NCBI GenBank assembly: GCA_965197645.1
Contig: OZ240219.1
Span: 1,024,001-1,088,000 of the forward strand
DNA length: 64,000 nucleotides
Direction: 5' to 3'
DNA from: Dehalococcoidia bacterium
GTDB taxonomy: Bacteria > Chloroflexota > Dehalococcoidia > Plut-88900
The notes below the pieces were generated by a model, which was not told where the DNA came from, did not search any database, and saw nothing but the letters and a program-made list of their open reading frames with translations. How positions within the stretch are numbered: position 1 is the stretch's first letter; the number at the start of each line of letters is the position of its first letter. A program made the translations under genes and the position numbers. Below are positions 58,106 to 64,000 of this stretch, in pieces.

Positions 58106-58899
58106 AGAGCAGCTCGGTCCTGGACATCCTCAACGTCGGCTTCGCCTACGGCGATGCTGTGGTCCTCAAGAACGTGGACCTGAGAGTAGAGCGGGGAGAG
58201 ATCATAGGGTTGGTGGGACCGAACGGCACCGGAAAGACCACCCTGCTGGGCATCTTAGCCGGGACTTTGAAGGCCCAGCGGGGGACCGTATTGCTGGACG
58301 GACGATCGTTGCGGGACCTCAGGCCTCGAGATCGGGCTAGGCTGGTGGCGATGGTTCCCCAAACGCCGGTGGTCCCGCCGGGTTTCACCGCCGCGGAGCT
58401 AGTCATGATGGGTCGGAACCCCCACCTGCGGCTTCTGCAATGGGAGGGGCCCGAGGACCTGGAGGTGTGCCGATGGGCGATGGAGATGACCGATGCCTGG
58501 GAACTGGCGCATCGAACTGTATCGTCGCTGTCCGGCGGGGAGAAGCAGCGGGTAATCATCGCCCGGGCGCTGGCCCAGCGGACCGACCTGCTGCTGTTGG
58601 ACGAGCCGACGGCTCACCTAGACATCGGGTACCAGCCAGCCGTTCTGGACACCATACAGAGAATAGGCCGGGAGGCTGGGGTGACTATTGTGGCCGCTAT
58701 GCACGACCTGACGCTGGCGGCCCAGTACTGCCACCGCATTGCCCTGCTGCACGAAGGGGTAATCAGTGCGGTGGGCACGCCCGACGAGGTGCTGCGTCCC
58801 GAGCTAGTCGGCGAAGCCTTCGGGTCCAATGTATGCGTGACCCGGCACCCAGTGCACGGTACCCCCGTGGTACTGCCCGTTGGCGATGTGAGAAGATGA
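58102..58899 (+). CDS. btuD: ABC transporter ATP-binding protein (BtuD/FecE-like)
   Basis: GPNGTGKT, LSGGEKQR, LLLDEPT, MHDL; TTG overlaps the permease stop (TTGA). Confidence 0.88.
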   Translation: MKSSSVLDILNVGFAYGDAVVLKNVDLRVERGEIIGLVGPNGTGKTTLLGILAGTLKAQRGTVLLDGRSLRDLRPRDRARLVAMVPQTPVVPPGFTAAELVMMGRNPHLRLLQWEGPEDLEVCRWAMEMTDAWELAHRTVSSLSGGEKQRVIIARALAQRTDLLLLDEPTAHLDIGYQPAVLDTIQRIGREAGVTIVAAMHDLTLAAQYCHRIALLHEGVISAVGTPDEVLRPELVGEAFGSNVCVTRHPVHGTPVVLPVGDVRR

Positions 58900-58961
58900 T
58901 TGGCGGGCGAAGCTCCCCACTGATCTGGCGTGGGAGAGCCTCGCGATAGCCAGGAGGTATT

Positions 58962-59675
58962 GTGAAAGAGACGCACATTATAGAATTCCTCAAACAGTTT
59001 TCCGTCGATGACTTGGTCAGCAGGGGGATTCTTCGTAAGAACGCGCGGGAACTTAACAATGGGAGTGTATACCCCTTAATGGAGTTGATGGCCAGCCAAG
59101 GTGTTACTCGCTTGGAATCCCCAGAAAGAGACTGGTTCTTGACAGTTGATGGTGAATTCCAGAATCCGCGTTCAAGCGAAGAGACAACCGGTAGAGTCGA
59201 AAACTTGGGCAATCCCGGTAACGTGTTCAACTATCAGAACACCTCGATCAATCCCTGGTACGCGGGAAGTACAGGCCCTGAATCAGACCCCGAGGGGAAT
59301 GCCGAAGAGCTCAGTTTTGACTTGGAGCGGGACTTGCAGAAGGCCTTGCGTTCCAACATTCAGCAACTTGAGCCTGGCTTGAGGATCACAGACGGCGGTG
59401 TGGAGCGGACCGTTGAAGCCGGGAGAATCGATATCACAGCCGAAGACTCAGACGGCCGGTTGGTTCTCATTGAACTCAAACGTCGCAAGGCCAGCCTAGC
59501 TTCGATCGGACAGCTGCTTTCCTATATGGGTAGCCCAGACAACGACTCAAACCGCCCGGTCCGGGGGATTCTGGTCGCTAACAGCTTTGGTCCCGGTGTA
59601 GTAATGGCTGCCAAGGCAGTGCCTAACCTTTCCCTAAGAGCCTACTCGTTCCAATTCTCATTTCGTGAACCCTAA
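58962..59675 (+). CDS. NucS/DUF91-type PD-(D/E)xK endonuclease domain protein
   Basis: LERDLQ..L, GRIDITAED, LIELKR, GQLLSYM, VRGILVA; GGAGG RBS; AT-richer than flanks. Confidence 0.8.
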   Translation: MKETHIIEFLKQFSVDDLVSRGILRKNARELNNGSVYPLMELMASQGVTRLESPERDWFLTVDGEFQNPRSSEETTGRVENLGNPGNVFNYQNTSINPWYAGSTGPESDPEGNAEELSFDLERDLQKALRSNIQQLEPGLRITDGGVERTVEAGRIDITAEDSDGRLVLIELKRRKASLASIGQLLSYMGSPDNDSNRPVRGILVANSFGPGVVMAAKAVPNLSLRAYSFQFSFREP

Positions 59676-59782
59676 TCAAATCCAGCCGGTCCGATTCACC
59701 GATAAGACATTCTTATAGATCGACTGATGTATAGAGGGCTGCAGAGGAATGTGCCGATGGGCGAGCGGAGGGACGGCGGTGC

Positions 59783-60022
59783 GTGAACACGAATGAGGAT
59801 GACACCGCGACAGCAGAGGTGGTGACGGCGACGATAACGGACAATCGCGATGTGGTCAGGGAGTGGCTAAAGGACGAGCCCGGAAGCTGGGGTTACCTGG
59901 CGGGACAGGCGGTGCTGTCGCTGCGGCGGAAGCTGGGAAGAAAGCTGACCGAGGAGGAGCGTCGGCAGGTGTGGCACGCTCTTTGGGGCCGGCTAGTAGG
60001 TCTGAAGGGGCATGGCCCGTGA
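59783..60022 (+). CDS. Small hypothetical protein (79 aa)
   Basis: WLKDEPGSWGYLAGQAV..LGRKLTEEERRQVW..LW; host-like codon style. Confidence 0.65.
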   Translation: MNTNEDDTATAEVVTATITDNRDVVREWLKDEPGSWGYLAGQAVLSLRRKLGRKLTEEERRQVWHALWGRLVGLKGHGP

Positions 60023-60089
60023 GGCCCGGCGAATCGAGCCAATGGACACTACATCACATCTGGTCGGTTGCCGACCCCAAGAAGGTGAG

Positions 60090-61394
60090 ATGATTCGTAT
60101 ATCGGCGTTGGCTGCGGTGAAGAAGACAAAGTGGCTGGGCGTAGCGTTGCTCGTGGCGGCCCTTGTCGTTGCTTGCGGAAATACCGCGGCCATCCCGACT
60201 ACGACCCCAACCTCCACGCCTGATTCAACGCCAAGCCCCGAATTGACTCCAACCTCGACTCCCGATTCATCGTCTATCTCCGAATCGACTCCATCGTTTA
60301 CTCCCGGCCCCGTCCCGGACTTCGATCCTCAGGCGAGGTACGGCGGCAGCTCTCGTCCCGGCATCCCGCCCTGGAAAACGGACTTCACCAAGTACAGCAT
60401 AGATTTCAACGACATCATAACGGGCCAGGTCAGGGATGGAATACCTTCCATCGATCTACCCAAGTTCGTTGCCGTAGACCCCGGCCCCGGGTGGATCGCC
60501 GCGCTTGAACCGGTGATATCGCTGGAGATAGACGGCGATGCCAGGGCCTACCCCATTCAAATCCTGACATGGCATGAGATCGTCAACGACGTGGTCGGCG
60601 GCGTGCCCGTGATCGTGACCTTCTGTCCTCTCTGCAACACTGCGCTGGTCTTCGAGCGGACCATAAACGGCGCCGTCCACGGATTCGGGGTATCGGGGAT
60701 GCTGCGGTTCAGCGATCTCGTGATGTACGATCGCCAGACGGAGACCTGGTGGCAGCAGATAGGAGGAGAGGCGATCGTGGGGGAGCTGACGGGCACGAAG
60801 TTGAATCAGCTGCCGGCGTCTATCGTGTCCTGGCAGGACTTCCAGAACAGCTTTCCCGACGGCCAGGTCCTATCGAGGGATACGGGCTACCAGCGACAGT
60901 ACGGTATGAACCCCTACTCCGGGTATGACAACATCAACCAAGCTCCCTTCCTGTACACGGGGCCCGACGACGACCGGCTGCGCCCCGTCGAGCGGGTGAC
61001 GACCGTAGAGCTGAACGGTGAGACCGCAGCATATCCATTCCTGGAGCTGGAAAAGGCCTTGGTGGTGAACGACGTTTTGGGAGGAGAGCCCCTGGTCGTG
61101 TTCTTCTCCAAAGGAACGCTGTCCGCCCTGGACAAAAGTGCGATAGCCGCTTCGCGGGACGTGGGGTCTGGCGTTGTGTACAGCAGAGTCCTCGATGGGA
61201 CGGAGCTTACGTTTACGGCTATCGATGGGATGTTCGTGGACGACCAGACAGGGTCTACCTGGAACATCATGGGTCGGGCGCTGGACGGGGAGATGGCCGG
61301 CAAGGAGCTTACACCGGTGGTCCACGCCAACCACTTCTGGTTCGCTTGGGCGGCATTCAAACCCGAAACCAGGGTGTGGCGAGCGCCGGGCTAG
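60090..61394 (+). CDS. DUF3179 domain lipoprotein
   Basis: Lipobox VVAC, PT linker, DGIPSID.P, RAYP..L.WHEIVND, TFCPLC, SDLVMYDRQT, FWFAWAAF. Confidence 0.9.
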   Translation: MIRISALAAVKKTKWLGVALLVAALVVACGNTAAIPTTTPTSTPDSTPSPELTPTSTPDSSSISESTPSFTPGPVPDFDPQARYGGSSRPGIPPWKTDFTKYSIDFNDIITGQVRDGIPSIDLPKFVAVDPGPGWIAALEPVISLEIDGDARAYPIQILTWHEIVNDVVGGVPVIVTFCPLCNTALVFERTINGAVHGFGVSGMLRFSDLVMYDRQTETWWQQIGGEAIVGELTGTKLNQLPASIVSWQDFQNSFPDGQVLSRDTGYQRQYGMNPYSGYDNINQAPFLYTGPDDDRLRPVERVTTVELNGETAAYPFLELEKALVVNDVLGGEPLVVFFSKGTLSALDKSAIAASRDVGSGVVYSRVLDGTELTFTAIDGMFVDDQTGSTWNIMGRALDGEMAGKELTPVVHANHFWFAWAAFKPETRVWRAPG

Positions 61395-61553
61395 CATCCT
61401 GGAGTGGACGGCTAACCCGGTAGACGATGTTCAAGCAAAAGCGGTGCGACGTATCAGGCTGAGCACTGACGACCACATGGCGGTGGAGATTCGGAAGGAT
61501 ACGTTCATCCGCCTCCGGGAGACTTGCCGAAATGACGCAACCGCTAGCGCAAA

Positions 61554-62771
61554 TCAGATGATGGCGCCTTCCTGTTTCAGGGCCTCGATCTGTTCCCACG
61601 TGTAGCCTATCTCCAGCAGCTTGGCCTCGGTGTCCTGACCCGGCTCGGGGCCGGGGCCTTTGGGCTGGCCGGGGGTGCGGTGGAACGTCAAGGGAGGCGA
61701 CACCAGCTCCGTCTCCTCGCCCGTCTGATGGCGGATGGTGGTGAAGTAGCCGTTGGCGCGGGCCTGGGGATCGTCGATGACTTCGTCGGGGGTCTGGACC
61801 GGCGCCCAGGTGCAGTTTTCACTGTCCAGTAGGTCGGCCCACCCGGCTCTTGGCCTGGTGGCGAAACGCTCGTCCAGGATGGCTATCAATTCTCGGTTGT
61901 TCTCCATGCGATGCGCGAGGGTATCGAAGCGAGGGTCGTCCCGGAGGGCTTCCAGGCCCATGACCCGGCAGAAGGGGCCCCACCACCTGTCGCCCTCGAG
62001 CATGACGAGCTGCAGCCACTTGCCATCGCCGGCCTCGTAGAAGTTGAATAATGGATTGTTGGCCTGTTTACGGCGATTGCGCCGGATGGGCTTGCGTTCC
62101 TTGAGCGCCGCGTTGAGATCGTTTCCCATCACCCACAGCCCGGTGTGGAGTAGGGAGCAATCGATCTGCTGGCCCATGCCGGAGCGCTCCCGTTCGAACA
62201 GGGCCATCCCCACCGCCGATGTGATGGCCAGCGCGGTTGAGAGGTCACCCATGGCCGGACGCTCCTGGACTGGCATTTCTCCCTCCTCGCCCAGCATCGC
62301 CATCACGCCCGAACGCGCCCAGAAGGCGGTGTAATCGAACCCGGAGCGGTCCTTCTCTTCGCCTTCCATACCGTAGCCGGTCAGGGTGACGTAGACGAGG
62401 CGGGGATTGAGCCGGGAGACCGCATCGTAGGTCAAGTCGTACCGGACCTGACGGTGGGGCGTCAGATTGGTGAGCATGACGTCCGAGGCGACGGCGAGCC
62501 TCTTCACGGCCTCCCGACCGCCGTCGGCGCCCAGGTTGATGCCCACGCTGCCCTTTCCCCGGTTGAGGAACTCGAAGGCGGTGTTCACCCCACCGGTGTG
62601 ATGCACGACTCCCCGGTGAGTTACGTCCAAGCCTCGTCCCGGATCGCCGGTGTCGGGCGGCTCGACCTTCGTAACCTCGGCGCCCAGGTCTGAGAGCAGG
62701 GTGGACGCTGCGGGAACGGCAACGTAGTTGGCCACCTCCAGCACCTTGATCCCATCGAGTAATCGAGGCAT
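61554..62771 (-). CDS. CoA-transferase family III (CaiB/BaiF)
   Basis: LDGIKVLE, LSDLGAEVTKVE, NRGKGS, TGYG, MGDLST, PEPGQDT. Confidence 0.92.
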   Translation of the reverse strand: MPRLLDGIKVLEVANYVAVPAASTLLSDLGAEVTKVEPPDTGDPGRGLDVTHRGVVHHTGGVNTAFEFLNRGKGSVGINLGADGGREAVKRLAVASDVMLTNLTPHRQVRYDLTYDAVSRLNPRLVYVTLTGYGMEGEEKDRSGFDYTAFWARSGVMAMLGEEGEMPVQERPAMGDLSTALAITSAVGMALFERERSGMGQQIDCSLLHTGLWVMGNDLNAALKERKPIRRNRRKQANNPLFNFYEAGDGKWLQLVMLEGDRWWGPFCRVMGLEALRDDPRFDTLAHRMENNRELIAILDERFATRPRAGWADLLDSENCTWAPVQTPDEVIDDPQARANGYFTTIRHQTGEETELVSPPLTFHRTPGQPKGPGPEPGQDTEAKLLEIGYTWEQIEALKQEGAII

Positions 62772-62835
62772 GTTCACCTCCTGTTGCTGAGGGAGAAACC
62801 GGTCGAGGGGATGACTTTGGGGCCGAGGCTGGCGC

Positions 62836-64000
62836 CTAGCCCTGGCGAAAGCGGTTGAAGCCTACGGCCTTCCTGTAGGCGTTGGCGCTGCGCTGGAAGC
62901 TGGAGAAGCTGGGGATGTCCCTCTCCATAAGGCGGTTGCGAAGGACCACTGCTTCGGCCTCCTGGTTGATGGCCTGAATGGTCATGAAGAAGGGCTTGGC
63001 CGACCTATTCTTGTGCTCTGTCAGGTCTTCCAGCAGCTTCTGGAAGTATTCTTCGCCCATCTCCCGCCGGTCCATGATGGAGGTGGAGAGCTCCATGGTG
63101 ATGGCATCCACCTTGGGGTCCCGGTCCAGGATGTCCAGGAGCCTGGGCATGATGTTTTCCTGGGGCAGGTTGGAGCTGATGTCCAGGGGATTTCGATAGC
63201 TGGCGCCCACCAGGGTAAAGAAGGACTCCAGCTCCTGGTAGCTTTCGTCACTGAGGAGGTCTACGTTGAGACCGGCCTTGGAGAAGGCGTCGGCGGAGGC
63301 CACCGAGGGACCGCCGGTCAGGGCCATGACTCCCATTCGCGTGCCGGTGGAGGGCTTGATGTGGAGCAGGGCTTTGACCACGTCCACCATCTCCTCCATG
63401 CTGGCGACGGAGATGGCCCCGCACTGCCTGAGCATGGCCTCCCAGACGGTGAGGTTAGTGGCCAGGGAAGCGGTGTGGGATGCGATGGCCCGGTGGCCGT
63501 CCTCGCTCTGCCCGCCCTTCCAGATCACGACGGGCTTCCTGGCGGCCACGTCCTGCAGCACCTCGAAGAAGCGCCGGCCGTTCCTCACTCCCTCGATGTA
63601 GATACCTATTACCTTGGTGTCCGGGTCCTGTCCCAGGTACTCGAGGTAGTCGTGAGCATCGAGGACTATGGCGTTGCCGAAGCTGACCATCTTGCTGATC
63701 TTGATCCCGTTCTGGGCGCCGATGAGGCTGAAGTTCATGCTCTGGCTGCCGCTTTGCCCTATCCAACCCACCTGTCCGTCCTCTCCCACGTACTGATCGG
63801 AGTGGAAACGGATGCCGACGTAGGGTGAGTAGACGCCCATGCAGTTGGGGCCCACCAGCATGAAGTTGGATTCTTTGGCGCGCTCAGTGAGGGCCTTTTG
63901 CAGCTCGATGCCCTCTTCGGAGAAGGTCTCGGCGAAACCGGAGGTGAAGAAGCTGGCCCCGCCTACGTCCTTCTTGATCAGGTCCTCCAGGATGAAGGGG
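62836..64000 (-). CDS. NDP-forming acyl-CoA synthetase alpha-like CoA-binding protein (partial, 5' end outside window)
   Basis: FTSGFAE, GPNCMG, GQSG, SFGN, YIEG, ASHTASL, NPLD; frame open to the window end. Confidence 0.88.
   Translation of the reverse strand, partial: PFILEDLIKKDVGGASFFTSGFAETFSEEGIELQKALTERAKESNFMLVGPNCMGVYSPYVGIRFHSDQYVGEDGQVGWIGQSGSQSMNFSLIGAQNGIKISKMVSFGNAIVLDAHDYLEYLGQDPDTKVIGIYIEGVRNGRRFFEVLQDVAARKPVVIWKGGQSEDGHRAIASHTASLATNLTVWEAMLRQCGAISVASMEEMVDVVKALLHIKPSTGTRMGVMALTGGPSVASADAFSKAGLNVDLLSDESYQELESFFTLVGASYRNPLDISSNLPQENIMPRLLDILDRDPKVDAITMELSTSIMDRREMGEEYFQKLLEDLTEHKNRSAKPFFMTIQAINQEAEAVVLRNRLMERDIPSFSSFQRSANAYRKAVGFNRFRQG

Noticed and set aside
60090-61394. Selenoprotein read-through in DUF3179
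   Set aside because: The frame is open with Cys codons (CPLC) and has no in-frame TGA.
61395-61553. Protein-like open frame between convergent genes
   Set aside because: No start or RBS and no recognisable motif; cannot be supported.
1-64000. tRNA, rRNA, integrase or prophage genes
   Set aside because: No cloverleaf/T-loop, rRNA or phage hallmark sequences were recognised by eye; tRNAscan-SE and Infernal would confirm.

Overview
GC-rich chromosomal segment, most consistent with a Chloroflexota (Dehalococcoidia/SAR202-like) organism. This assignment is inferred from five LLM monooxygenase paralogs, paired CoA-transferases and crotonases, guaB3, and Pro/Thr-linker lipoproteins. Most of the window encodes catabolic enzymes: CocE/NonD hydrolases, amidases, amidohydrolases, GGT, a CehA/McbA hydrolase, SDRs and LLMs. 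It also carries a shortened ppdK operon, xdhC-mocA, and a cobalamin riboswitch controlling a btuFCD-like transporter. Highlights: (1) an AioBA-order Rieske + molybdopterin pair whose large subunit has IdrA-like (iodate reductase) rather than AioA-like motifs, carries its own Tat-lipoprotein signal, and has no peroxidase, cytochrome or regulator genes nearby; (2) a small accessory island with a DUF3800 gene, a strong 3' hairpin (candidate ncRNA) and a convergent glycosylase-like gene; (3) a modular family of palindromic intergenic repeats, including a 73-bp tandem array, nested insertions and two copies bracketing a frameshifted CAP gene; (4) small or non-canonical ORFs missed by the ORF track. 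No rRNA, tRNA or CRISPR array was found. All family calls come from reading motifs, not from database searches.
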